Below, piece after piece: positions 36,491 to 50,200 of a stretch of DNA of 64,000 nucleotides; within the stretch, counting starts at the first letter, position 1, and every line of letters begins with the position of its first letter. Below the pieces are notes generated by a model, which was not told the origin of the DNA, made no database searches, and saw only the letters and a list, made by a program, of their open reading frames with translations. The position numbers and the translations under genes are program-made. Source of the DNA: Malacoraja senta (lineage: Eukaryota). Where the stretch lies: positions 496,001 through 560,000 of the forward strand of contig JAXLNO010000110.1 of the NCBI GenBank assembly GCA_038087875.1, in the 5' to 3' direction.

Positions 36491-39400
36491 TTTGAGGAAG
36501 GATGTGCTGGCTCTGGAGATGGTCCAGAGGAGGTCTACAAGAATGATCCCAGGAATGAGTGGGTTAGCATATGATGAGCATTTGTCGGCACTGGGCCTGT
36601 ACTCGCTGGAGTTTAGAAGGTTGAGCGGGGACCTCACTGAAACTTAGAGAATAATGAAAGGCATAGATAGAGTGGATGTGGAGAGGATGTTCCCACTGTT
36701 GCAAGAGTCTCGGACCAGAGGTTATAGCGTAAGAATTTCTTTTAGAAATGAGATGAGGAGGAACTTCTTTAGTCAGAGGGTAGTTAATCTGTGGAACTCT
36801 TAGCTACAGAGGGCGGTGGAGGCCAAGTCAGTGGATATTTTTAAGGCAGAGATAGACACCTTTTTGATTAGAATGGGTGTCAAGGGTTATGGGGAGAAGG
36901 CAGGAAAGTGGGATTAGGAGGGAGAGATCAGCCACGATTGAATGGCGGAGTAGACTCATTGGGCCGAATGGCCTTACTCTACTCCTATAACTTGTGAACA
37001 AGCTAAGCACCATAAATCCCAGCAGGAAGCAGACAATGGGAAATGATTCAAAGATAATTTATAGATAGACAAAAATGCTGGAGGAACTCAGCGGGTGAGG
37101 CAGCATCTTTGGACAGAAGAAATAGTCGACGTTTAGGTTGAGACCCTTCTTCAGATTTATTGTCACATGTATCTAGGTGCAGTGAAATGCTTTGCTTTGC
37201 ACACAACCCAGTAAAATCATACATCAGACCTCACCAGTACACAAGAATCGCCACGTTTCTGGCGCTGACAAAGCTACAGGTCTATCGCTGATCGTCCGGC
37301 AACTGGTGGCCCGGCACCTCCTTAATCGGACATTACGAGAGCATACTTAAAATCCCCGCTGGAAGTCTGCCCGAAAATATGGCGCCCAGCCTGGGAGAGG
37401 CAGCCGATCTTGACTTCTGCGGCAGGTCAAAATTGCCCCCCTACTTCTGGGGCTCTGGAACACTGGCCCGGCTGGAACCAGCAGATCCGTTCCCATAGCA
37501 GACTTCCAACGCAGTCCGAGGAAAGGGACTTTACTTAATCAAGAGTTGGACAGGCTACCTGTTCCTTTGAGACTGGTTGATTAATGACTTGTGGTAAATG
37601 GTTTGGTGACAGATAAGATACACGTGTCCAGTCCTTGAAAAAAAATGTAGGTAGGAACTGCAGATGCTAGTTTAAACCAAAGATAGACACGAAAAGCTGG
37701 AGTAACTCAGCAGGACAGGCAGCATCTTTGGAGAGAAGGAATGGGTGACGTTTCAGGTCGAGACCCTTCTCCTTGAAGTCAAGTGTGTGTACATGGGCCA
37801 GAAAAGCAGGCAGCTGGTCACAAATTCTTTGAGATGGAACTAATGGTATAATTGAAGATAGACACAAAATGCTGGAGGAACTTAGTGGGATAGGCAGCAT
37901 CTCTGGAGAGAAGGAATGGGTGAATCAAGATCAGTCTGAAGAAGGATCTCAACCAGAAACGTCACCCATTCCTTCTCCCCAGAGAAGCTGGGTGTTCCGC
38001 TGAGTTATTCCAGCTATGTGTCTATCTTCGATTCCAGTGTGTCCATCTTCGATTTAAACCAGCACCTGCAGTTCTTTCCTACACATAATGCTATAATTGG
38101 TTATTGATGGTCCGAATGGTCTAATTCTGTCCTATAACTTATGAAGTTAACATTCTGAATAGCTCGAGAAGATGACAAAACAACAAACACTACTTACTGC
38201 CAGAGAACCAAAATGTCTTAAGTGTTTATTACATGAGCAGCCAATTCATTGAGGAGCAGTCCTCAAAACAGCTGCAAATCATTTGTATTGGAATTTTCAT
38301 TTGTGGTAATTATGCTTAATTTCAATTCTTTGCAAAGTCTAGTCCTTAATTATTGGTAACCATGAAAAAAAGTTAAAATCCTGCACTCTTCAAAAAGAGA
38401 AATTAAACAAGTCAGTATCCCTCCTTTTCTTTTAACCCCCCCCCCTTCTCTTTTCTCTCTCCTTTCTCTTTCCACCTATATCCTTCCCTCCAGCTTTCCA
38501 TTTCACCGCTCCATTTCTCCCATCCCAGTCCCCCCCCCCCCCATCTCCCTTTTATCCACTCTCTGTCACCTCCCACCTGTGCCTTTCCACCCAAATAGCT
38601 TCCTCCAGTTTTATATCCAACATCCCTCCTCTCCTTATTTAGTTTAGAGATACAGCGTGAAAACAGGCCCATCAGCCCACCGAGTCCATGCCCACCGAGT
38701 CCATGCCGACCAGCGATCACCCGCACACTTGTTTCTATCCTACACATTGGGGACAATTTGCAAAAGGCAATGAACCTACAAACCTATACGTCTTTGGAAT
38801 GTGGAAGGGGATCGGAGCACCTGGTGAAACCTGTGTGGTCACAGGGAGAACGTGCAAACTCCATACAAACAGCGCCCGTAGTCAGGATTGAACCAGAGTC
38901 TTTGGCGCTGTAAGACAGCAATGATACCGCTGCACCAGCGTACCGCCTTTGATCTGACAGAGTTTGGTCTCCTTTTCATCTCTAGCCTTTGTCACTATCT
39001 CCCCATACGCTAATCACCCAGCCAGCCCCTGTATCACATGCCAGGCCTCGTCACGCTACCACCTCTCTTTTCCAGCGTTCTCCCTGCTACTCCGATCAGT
39101 CTACAGATGGGTCCCGACCCAAAACATCATCTGTCATTCCCTCCACAGATGTTGCCTGGCTTACTGAGTTCCTCCGGCACTTTGTGTTTTACTCAAAAAC
39201 CTAGGGTGTCAGCTTGCACTTTGTTACACTTGACCATGCAAGCGAGGACAGGGGGGAGTCTGGAAGGCACAAAATGCTGGAGTAGCTCAGTGGCTCAGGC
39301 AGCATCCTTGGAGAACATGGATAGGTGATGATTCGGGTCAGGGGCATTCTTCCAACTGAGGATTCAGTGCCTTTCCTTGGTAAACAAGCATCTGCTGTTC

Positions 39401-39817
39401 CTTGTTTCTACAAGCAAAGACACAACTTTCTTAGCTATTAAAACTGTCATCAAATGAGAAGTTTCCATAAGGCTTACAAAATTTCTATATCTATTCACTG
39501 GAGTTAAGAAGGATGAGGGGTTTTCTTATAGAAACATACTAGACTAAGTAGGACCCGTTGGGTCCCATATTCACATGGGAGGGCTGGTCCCCCAACGCAA
39601 TATTCCACCTCTCCATCAATTACAATATTGGTGGCCAGTGGGAGGGGGGAGGCTTTCTGGAGCGCTAGTATGGGTGCTGAAGGGACCGGTTTCCAGAGGG
39701 CTTGTATGGACATTGTGGGCAGCTCAGTCACTCAAGCCTGGCATGCTGGCAGCTAACTCACTCACGGCTGGTGGGCTGGCAGTTGACTCACGGCTATTCC
39801 TTGAAATTCCATTTCAA

Positions 39818-40165
39818 GTAGGGTGCAAGGCCACCAAATTCAAGTGCAGTTTTCTACCACTTCAACCAGGGTGCAAGGCCACCAAATTCAAGGACAGTTT
39901 CCGAACACTTCAAGCAGGGTCCAAGGCCATCAAATTCAAATGCAGTTTCATACCATTTCAAACAGGGTGCAAGGCCACTAAATTCAAATGCAGTTTCATA
40001 CCATTTCAAGCCGGGTGCAAGGCCACCAAATTCAAGTGCAGTTTCATACCATTTCAAGCAGGGTGAAAGGCCACCAAATTCAAGTGCAGTTTCATACCAT
40101 TTCATGCAGGGTGCAAAGCCACCAAATTCAAATCCAGTTTCATACCATTTCAAGCAGGGTGAAAC
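39818..40165. repeat. 48-bp tandem repeat, about 7 copies, inside the Helitron
   Basis: Unit CAGGGTGCAAGGCCACCAAATTCAAGTGCAGTTTCATACCATTTCAAG. Confidence 0.9.
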
Positions 40166-40566
40166 CACCACAAACCCACATAAAACACACATAAAAACCA
40201 CACTCACAGTTCAGTAGACATTCAGTGTGTTCAGTTGGTTCCCAGCTCAGACAGAGTCATGACCTCTCTCCCCCCATCTTGCAGAGACTGAGCCGCCCCC
40301 ACACTTCTGGGTTTTATAGTCCCGCCCCATCCCACCGGAAGGGGCGTGGCCTTCATGGCGCAATTGACAGGAGAGAATCTCAACATTTTTTAAACACTAA
40401 TAACTCTTTTATTTTTCATTGATGGGAAAAATCCTCTGCACCTGATGAGTGGAGGGGGACTCCGAGTAAGATGGCCAAATATCACAGCCATAGGTGGTAG
40501 CGTTATTTCTAAAATCAATATACAGTGCAAACAGGAAGTGGTCAAGTTTAGACTTTTAATTAGAAG

Positions 40567-40795
40567 CTTTTTCAAACCAACCACCACATTTGCTTTGCTT
40601 TTTCAAACCAACCACCACATTTGCTTTGCTTTTTCAAACCAACCAACCAACCACCACATTTGCTTTGCTTTTTGAAACCAACCAACCACCACCGCACATT
40701 TGCTTTGCTTTTTCAAGCCAACCGACCAACCACCACCACATTTGCTTTGCTTTTTCAAACCAACTAACCACCACCACATTTGCTTTTTCAAACCA
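40567..40795. repeat. Roughly 30-40-bp tandem repeat inside the Helitron
   Basis: GCTTTTTCAAACCAACC(ACC)nACATTTGCTTT repeated about 6 times. Confidence 0.85.
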
Positions 40796-43700
40796 TATTA
40801 AGGGCACTCACAGATCAGTAAAACCACTCACAGTTTAGTAGACACGTGTTCATTGTTATTCACAGCTCAGGCTGAGAGTCGTGACCTCTCGCTCCCCCAT
40901 CTTGCAGAGACTGAGGCAGCCCACACTTCCGGGTTTATATTCCCTCCCCCCAGAAGGGGCGTGGCCTTCATGGCATGATTGACAGGAGAGAGAATCTCAA
41001 CATTTTAAACATTAATAAGTCTTTTATTTTTCATCTATGGGAAAAATCCTCTTGTCCTGCGCAGCGGGACTCTGACTAAGATGGCCAAAAATCACAGCTG
41101 TAAGTCGTAGCATTTTGTCTAAAATCTATATGCAGTGCAAACAGGAGGTGGTCAAGATTTGAGTTTTAATTATATAGATAAAATAATAAAAGGACTGGAC
41201 AAGCTAGATGCAGGAAACAATTTCCCAATGTTGGGTGAGTTCAGAACCAGGGGCCACAGTCTTAGAATAAAGGGGAGGCCATTTAAGACTGAGGTGAGAA
41301 AAAAATGTTTTCACCCAGAGAGTTGTGAATTTGTGGAATTCCCTGCCACAGAGGGCAGTGGAGGCCAAGTCACTGGATGGATTTAAGAGAAAGTTAGATA
41401 GAGCTCTCGGGGCTAGTGGATTCAAGGGATATGGGGAGAAGGCAGGCACGGGTTATTGATTGGGGACGATCAGCCATGATCACAATGAATAGCGATGCTG
41501 GCTCGAAGGGCCGATTGGCCTCCTCCTGCACCTATTTTCTATGTTTCTATGTTTAAGTGAGGGGAACTGAGCAAATGGCCTGAAGAAGGGTCTCGACCCG
41601 AAACGTCACCCTTTTCTTCTCTCCGGAGACGCTGCCTGTCCCGCTGAGTAACTCCAGCATCCTGCGTCTATCTTTACATGCCGCTCTTCTCCTGTGGAGC
41701 ACCGATGATGAGCTGTATTGTCTACTTAGATGTATTATCATGATTTGCTAATATGCTTTAATAATAATAATAATAATAGATTTTATTTATATAGCTTTAG
41801 TCCCAATTAGTTCCAAACACCGGGAAATGTCACCCATTCCTTCTCTCCAGAGACGCTGCCTGTCCCGCTGAGTTACTCCAGCTTTTCTTGTCTTTAGACA
41901 CAAAATGCTGGAGCAACTCAGCGGGACAGACAGCATCTTCAGAGACAGGAGAAAAGGAAAACGTCACCCATTTCTTGTCTCCTAAGATGCTGGCTGACCC
42001 ATTGAGTTACTCCAGCCTTTTGTGTCTACCCTGGTATATAGTCTGCCAGCGATTCAAACCAGATTACTTCCTAATGAACGAAAGTAAAATAATACTGCAG
42101 CCAGTCATTAAAACACCCACTAGCTATGGGGAAAGAGCACCATCTGTTGTCGATTTAAACGTCATCAACCTGAAGACCCCCCAGGGCAGACGTTTCTGCT
42201 CATGCTGAATGATTTGATTGCATACAAGATACTCAATGTCAGAATTTTTTTTTAAATTATCCCTCGGGTTTGTGAGGGGGGGGGGGGGGTGGGAGTTGTG
42301 GCAGAAGGGAAAATCAGGCTTTGCTGATCATCCAGCGCAGAGGCTGTGAAGCATTTATGCCTGGCTGTAAACCACAGTCACATTATATGATGTGCTGTGG
42401 CCAAGTATCCCATCAACACCACCCGTCCAGAATCACACGGGAAAAATAAATACTTGGGCAAAACACCAGAAGTTCTGACCTAACTAGAGTCAGCAACGAC
42501 AGCCAAAAGACGCAGGAGAACGAGTTGGGATAACAGAGAACTGGTTTAACTCAGCGGGACAGACAGCATTTCTGGATAGAAGGAATGGTGATGTTTTGGG
42601 TCGAGACCCTTCTTCAGACAGAGTCATGGGAGAGGGGGGGACTTTAGATTAGATTAGATTATGAAGGGACAGAGATATGAAAGGGTAAGGTGTGAAAACG
42701 AGATATCTCTTACCCTTCCGTATCATTGTGTCACTCTCTCCCACGACTCTCACTCTGAAGAAGGGTCTCGACCCGAAACATCACCATTCCTTCTATCCAT
42801 AGATGCTGCATCTGCAGTTCATTCCCACATGGAACTAGTTTAGATTAGAGATACAGCAAGGAAACAGGCCCTTTGGCCCAACGAGTCTGTGCCGACCAGC
42901 GATCCCCATACACTAGCACTAACCTGCACCATAGGAACAATTTACAATCTTTACCAAAGCCAATTAATCTAGAAACGTGTACATCTTTGGAGTGTGGGAA
43001 ACACAATAGAATGTAATTGTATGGTGCCTTTCAACATCACCAGTTATAGAGTTACACAGCATGGAAACAGGCCCTTCGGCCCAACACGTCCATGTCGACC
43101 AACATGCTAGTCCCACCTGTCTGCATTTGGCCCATATCCCTCTAGACCATTAATATCCTTGTACCAAGTGTCTTTTAAATGTTGTTATATTGCCTCCCTC
43201 AATTATCTCCTCTGGCAGCTAAATCCATATACCCTCCACACTCTGAGTGGTGAAGTTGTCCCCCAGGTTTCCATCTTGCCCTTCCCAGCTAAAACAGAGG
43301 CCAATTAACCGACAAACCCGCACATCTTTGGGATGTGGGAGGAAACCAGAGAACCCGGAGGAAACTCACAAGGACACAGGGAGAATATTGACTCCATCTA
43401 CATTTCATGCTGCCTCGGCAAGGCCAGCAGCATAATCAAGGACCAGTCTCACCCCTTTCATTCCCTCATCTCCCCTCCCCATCAGACAAGAGGTATAGAT
43501 GTGTGAAAACGCACACCTGCAGATTCAGTGTTTAAGACAGAACTGCAGATGCTGGAAAAATCGACGGTGGGCAAAAATGCTGGAGAAACTCAGCGGGTGA
43601 GGCAGCATCTATGGAGCGAAGGCATAGGTGACGTTTTGGGTCGAGACCCTTCTTCAGAAACGTCACCTATTCCTTCGCTCCATAGATGCTGCCTCACCTC

Positions 43701-46700
43701 CAGATTCAGGGACAGTTTCTTCCCAGCTGTTAACAAGCAACTGAATCATCCTATCACCAACTAGCGAGCAGTCCTGAGCTACCATCTACCTCATTGGAGA
43801 CCATCAAACTATCTTTAAACAGACTTCACTGGACTTCATCTTGCACTAAATGTTATTACCTTTATCCTGTAACTGCACACTGTAGACGACTCAATTGTAA
43901 TCTTGTACCTGTATATCCTGTCGCAGACTGGATAGCACGCGACAAAAAAGCTTTTCACCGTACCTCGGTACACGTGCCAATAAACTAAACTAAACACCCT
44001 CCCCCTTCGACTTCCCCGCCTCCCCCCCCCCAAGGTGGAAATGTCATAAGCAGATGACATATCTTTACGGTCAGAGGAGAAACATTTAACAGAGGATGTG
44101 CGAGTCATGATTTTTATTTTTATTTTTATAAACGCAGAGTGTGACGGTGACTGGATGGTGCTGCCAGGGGAGGTGGTGAAGCAGATGATACAATAGCTGC
44201 ATTTAAGAGGCTTTTAGATGGCCACGTGGATTCGTAGGGAATGGAGAGATGTGCATCACGTGCAGGCGGGGGCGATTAGTTTAACCTGGCATCATGTTCG
44301 GCACAAACAGTGTTGGCACAGAAAGGCTGCTTCTGTGCTGTTCTATGTCTAAAGGCAGAAGGAAAAAATAAATACATTTCTACAAAGATGCCGAGATGAA
44401 GAGCAAGAGAGGCGTGGGAATCTCGGAAGGGGAACAGTGAGGTCTTCTCAAGTATTTGCAGTCTTCTGTCTCCAATTTTACTGAATCTAGAAAATTGTCA
44501 AATGGTTTAAGGAAGGAAGAAAGAGAGACCCTAATCTGGATGAATAGCAGCGATAGAATTTGTAGAACAGCCTGTGTTGTGTAGCAGATGAAGCAGGCAT
44601 TCAATGCCAAGTCCCCTGCAGATGGAGGGGAGGTCCACGTAGCTGGAGGTGACCTGTTTGGAGTATCTAGCTTATGTTCTGATGATAGTGTGTGGTCTGA
44701 TTAAGTGCTGATCTATGGTGGCACACTCCCAGCTCCGTGAGGAAGTGCCACAGTATTCTGGTGCATGTGGAGCGTCAATGCAGGAGGATGCTCTTGTTCC
44801 AGACATGCAGTGAAAAAATGCTCCATGTCATTTATCAGGCCAAGATCAGACAGTGTCCACACTCACTCCATGGTGACAATTATTGCTTAATATCTGAGCA
44901 GTCTCACGTGAATTATAAACAATTTGCAATTGAACTACGCTATTGTCTCGAGTGCTTCACAGTTTTATTCAACAAAGTCTCACATAAGCTTGCTCACAGG
45001 ACTATATATTCCATGGACATCCTAAGCAGCAGAGGAAGCCAGAGAGGTTTGACGGATCAAAGTCAAACACGGTAGCACAGTGGTGCAACAGTAGAGTTGC
45101 TGCCTTACAGCGCTAGAAACCCAGGTTTGATCCCGTATGGGTGCTGTCTGTATGGAGTTTCTACGTTCTCCATGTGACCCTGTGGGTTTTCTCCAGGTCC
45201 TCCAGTTTCCTCCCACATTCCAAAAACGTACAGGTTGTAGGTTAATTAGATTCAATAAGATGCAAGATCGTCCCTGGTGCGTGTAAGTTAGCGTACGGGG
45301 TGATCGCTGGTCGGCGGGGACTCGGTGGGTCAAAGGACCTGTTTCCATGCTGTATCTCCAAAGTCTCAAAGCGATTGAGGGAGTGCAGCGTAGGTTCACC
45401 AGGTTAATTCCCGGGATGGTGGGACTGACATATGATGAAAGAATGGGTCGACTGGGCTTGTATTCGCTGGAATTTAGAAACATATAAAATTCTTAGAGGA
45501 TGGGACAGGGTAGATGCAAGAAAAATGTTCCCAATGTTGGGGGATCCAGAACCAAGGATCACAGTTTAAAAATAAGTGATATGCCATTTAGGACCGAGAT
45601 GAGGAAAAACTTGTTCACCCAGAGAGTTGTGAATGTGGAATTCTCTGCCACAGAAAGCAGTGGAGGCCAATTCACTGGATGTATTCAACAGAAAGTTAGA
45701 TTTAGCTCTTAGGGCTAACGGAATATGGGGAGAAAGCAGGAATGGGGTATTGATTTTGGATGATCATCAATGATCATAAGGAATGGCAGTGCTGGCTCGA
45801 ACGTTTTCAAGAGAACGTTAGATTTAGCTCTTAGGGCTAAGGGATATGAGGAAAAAGCCGTAAGGGGGTACTGATTTTGAATGATCAGCCATGATCATAT
45901 TGAATGACGGTGCTGGCTCGAAGGGCCAAATGCTTCTAAAGGCCTTGGGAGCCAATGTTGGAGCGGTGAAAACAGAAGGCAATAAAGGAGGTCAGAATTA
46001 CAGCAGACACATTGGAAGGCTGTTGGGCTGAAGAATGTTACAGAGATAGACAGGGAGACACGAGGAAAATTAGACTGGGAAGCTTAACTGGAAACAAACA
46101 TTGGTCAGCAAACTTAGGGACGGGAGATAGTCAAACTGTCCAGAGACAACAGTGGCATAGATGAGGGCAGGCAAGAAGATCAGGGTATGTTTGGAAGCAA
46201 ACTGCGTCTTGGTTAGGGCATGGATATGCCGTTTCAAACCAATTTTGAAGACTGATACCAAGGCTGACAGGAAAAATGACAGAGTCATTAGCTGGGTGAT
46301 GAAGATTTTGAATGAGTTCATTTTTTTAGCTGGAAGGAACTTTCAAGCACTCTGGTATTAAAAACTAGACTGGTAGTCGAACAATTTACAGGCAAAGGAG
46401 AAAGCTAATCAAGTGGAGTTGTGTACTGCCACTATCTAATGACCACCTGCTATATTTCAGGCAAGAATACAACTGTAGACCCTTCATGCCTGCTCTGTCA
46501 TGAAGAGTCAGAGCTGTACAGCATGGAAACAGGGCGGCGCGGTGACGCTGCGGAAGAGTTGCTTCCTCACAGCACCAGGGATCCACGTCCGATCCTCCCT
46601 GTGACCTGTGTGGGTGGGTTTTCTCCGAGATCTCCGGTTTGTTTCCTCCAACATTCCAAAGATGTACAGGCTTGTACATTAATTGGCTTTGGTAAAATTG

Positions 46701-48199
46701 TAAATAGTCCCTGTTGTGTAGGATATAGCAAGTCTACGGCAGCGATCGCTGGTCGGCGCAGACTCAGTGAGCCAAAGCGCCCGTTTCCGTGTTCCGTGTA
46801 TCTCTGAAGTCTAGTCGTGGAAATGCTCTGTTATCCCCTCATCCTGGCTTCACATTTCACTCCTCCTATCCGACATCCTTTGTCTCCTTTTCATCTCAAG
46901 CCTTTGTCACATAGCCCTTCAGCCACTCAAAATCTCAAGCCTTTGTCACATTGCCCCTCAGCCACTCAAAATCAGACCCACTCTCCTATCCTTTAATTCC
47001 AAAGGTAGTCACAAAGCGCTGGAGTAACTCAGCGAGACAGGCAGCATCTCTGGAGAGAAGGAATGGGTGACGTTTCTGGTCGAGACCCTTCTTCAGACTG
47101 AGGGGAGGGGGGAAAACTAGAGATATGGAAGGATAAGGTGTGAAAACGACAGTATGCCTCCTTTGATTCCCTTGTCAATAGTACTTGGCATGTCAAAGCT
47201 GCCGAGTACAGGCGCCTCACTCTTTACGGGAAGGGGTTACACACTTGAAATGCAGCGAGTAAATCAAACTCATGCCAGGCACCGCATGGCTGTGCTGCCC
47301 GGAATGAATTTGAGGATGTTATTCCAGAAATAGGAGCACCTAAATTAAACTTTGGTAGTAATTAGACAAGCGCGTTGTTCTAAAAAACTTTCAAATCAAG
47401 CAGGCGGAAAACACGAAGTGCCCGTCTCTGGGAGCATATTGGAAAACTCAGATTTAGATTACGTCAGAGACATTTTTGTCAAAATCAAAAACAAGAGGCC
47501 CCTTTCCAAAAGGCTGAGATCAGGCAGGTACAGTGACACGACAGACACAACAAAGAACCCACTAACCATTCTGTGAATCGATTTAAACATTCTTTATATT
47601 CAGGAAAAAGTGAGGCATTTCTGGAGCAGCCATTGGGATTAGCAGGGCAGAGTCAAATGTTACTACATCTGACCAACTCACTGGCCCAAACAATCTTTCC
47701 TACTTAAAACAAATTGGCTTTTGGCAGACGCCCAGAATCCAGTGTTTACACACAGGGAGGAGCTGTTCATTAAACACACGTAGAGATTTATGGAAAGAAA
47801 GAGTAATTGATGAAGTGAACGTGCGTTGGCCATGTCTACGAAAACAATTCCCCCTTTGTCTGGGAGAAAAACGGGTCTGCAAATTAATTTCAATTACAAA
47901 TCTATACACAGATCCATGCACCACTTCAAACTGCGGATTATGGGTCACCGTGGAATCAGACTAGTACAGCATGGAAGCAGGCCCTTCGGCCCATCCTGTC
48001 CATGCTAACCAAGATGGCATAATATGCTAGTTCCATTTGCTTGCATTTGGCCCATCAGGCAGCATCCCTGGAGAACATGAATAGGTGACGTTTCGGGTCG
48101 GGACTGGGCATAGTTAGGTAATAGGAATTAAGCCATGAGGTTTTGTACGCTGGTCAAAAATTCAGACTGATGAAGAGCCCCAAACCAAAATGTCACTTA

Positions 48200-49106
48200 G
48201 GTACACAAAAATGCTGGAGAAACTCAGCGGGTGCAGCAGCATCTATGGAGCGAAGGAAATAGGCAACGTTTCGGGCCGAAACCCTTCTTCAGACTGATAG
48301 GGGGTGGGGAGAAGTAAGGAAAAAAGGCGGAGGAGGAGCCCGAGGGCTGGGGGATGGGAGGAGACAACCAGAGGGCTGATGAAGGGGAGGGGACAGCAAG
48401 GGCTAGCAGAGTTGGGAGAATTCAATGTTCATGCCTCCAGGATTTAGACTGCCCAAGCGGAATATGAGGTGCATTTCCTCCAATTTCCAGTGTTGCTCGC
48501 TGTGGCCATGGAGGAGACCCAGGACAGAGAGGTCAGATACGGAATGGGAGGGGGAGTTGAAGTGCTGAGCCACCGGGAGGTCAGGTAGGTTATTGCGGAC
48601 CTACCGGAGGTGTTCGGTGAAACGATCGCCAAGCCTCCGCTTGGTCTCACCGATGTAGATCAGCTGACATCTAGAGCAGCGGATGCAATAGATGAGGTTG
48701 GAGGAGAAGCAGGTGAACCTCTGTCGCACCTGGAACGACTGCTTGGGTCCTCTTTGCAACCGCAAGAGATGCAACACTTGTCCCTTCACCCCCCCCCTCG
48801 ATTCCATTCAAGGACCCAAGCCGTCTACATCCTGGGGGCATGAACATTGAATTCTCCCAACTCTGCTAGCCCTTGCTGTCCCCTCCCCTTCATCAGCCCT
48901 CTGGTTGTCTCCTCCCATCCCCCAGCCCTCGGGCTCCTCCTCCGCCTTTTTTCCTTTCTTCTCCCCACCCCCTATCAGTCTGAAGAAGGGGTTCGGCCCG
49001 AAACGTTGCCTATTTCCTTCGCTCCATAGATGCTGCTGCACCCGCTGAGTTTCTCCAGCATTTTTGTGTACCTTCGATTTTCCAGCATCTGCAGTTCCTT
49101 CTTTAA
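48200..49106. mobile_element. Penelope-like insertion with inverted terminal repeats
   Basis: Near-perfect inverted arms of about 250 bp (48200-48449 / 48823-49072) around GIY-YIG sequence. 14-bp duplication CAAAATGTCACTTA at 48186-48199 and 49107-49120. Confidence 0.88.
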
Positions 49107-50200
49107 CAAAATGTCACTTATTTGTGTTCTCCAGAGATGCTGCTTCACCTGCTGAATTACTCCAGCATTGTGTCTTTTTGTGTAAACCAGCATTTGCACA
49201 TACTGTTCCTAGGTATAAACAAAAGCAAATGGACAATGGTTTAAACTCCTTCCAAGGGGAAAGCAATCTGTTCGTGGCCTTAGAAAAACTGAATGGAATC
49301 AGTTCAGTCACAATCATTCACAGGCTCACAATGAATATTGTGACGACATTGAATGCTGATACCTGCCTGCCCTTTGTATGCTGAAACTGGGCGTGGTGGC
49401 GCAGCGCCACAGACCCAGCTTCGATCCTAACTACAGGAGCTGGCTAGAGGGAGTTTGTACATTCTCCCCGTGAACTGCAAGTGTTTTCTCCGAGATCTCC
49501 GGTTTCCTCTCACAGTCCAAAGACGTACAGGTTTGCAGGATAATGTCTGGGGATCGCTGGTTGGCACGGACTTGGTGGGCCGAACGGCCTGTTCCCGCGC
49601 TGTATCTCCAAATTAAACTGCAGCTAGGCTACACAACAACTGTTTCAACAACTTTTACCACAATTTCACCCTCGTGGCCCAGTTTCAATCCAACCTCCCT
49701 TGTATTGACTCCATCTACAGTGGCCTCCATAATGTTTGGGACAAATACATTCTCTCATTTCACCCTCATTTCACCCAGTGACCCTGGATAAACAGAGTGT
49801 TTGACGGCACTGCGCCTGTACTCGATGGAGTTTAGAGGAATGAGGGGGGACCTCATTGAAACTTGTTTTGGGTCTGGAGAAGGGTCTTGACCCGAAATGT
49901 CACCTATTTCTTCCCTCCAGAGATGCTGCCTGACCTGCTGAGTCACAGCGCCCTCCATAATGTTTGGGACAAAGACCCATAATTTATTTATTTGCCTCGG
50001 TGCTCCACAATTTGAGATTTCTAATAGAAAAAAAACCCACATGTAGTTAAAGTCCACATTGTCAGATTTTATTAAAGGCCATTTTTATATTTTGGTTTCA
50101 CCATGTAGAAATTACAGCAGTGTTTATAAATAGTCGTCCCATTTCAGGACACCATAATGTTTGGGACACAGTAATGTCATGTAAATGAAAGTAGTCATGT

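Larger units (their letters stand above)
39539..41178 (-). mobile_element. Non-autonomous Helitron
   Basis: Minus strand reads A|TCTATATAATTAAAA...GGACCC-AAC-GGGTCC-TACTTAGTCTAG|T. Inserted at an AT with no duplication inside a CR1 fragment that resumes exactly (GAAACATA|TAAAATAATAAAAGG). Confidence 0.85.

Noticed and set aside
39575..40207. ORFs with a 16-aa repeat (GCKATKFKCSFIPFQA)
   Set aside because: Translation of a 48-bp satellite within the Helitron; open on both strands, with no splice or start context.
44380..45060. Long apparently unique stretch, possible exon
   Set aside because: No convincing ORF or splice pair; may be a highly decayed LINE but could not be assigned by eye.
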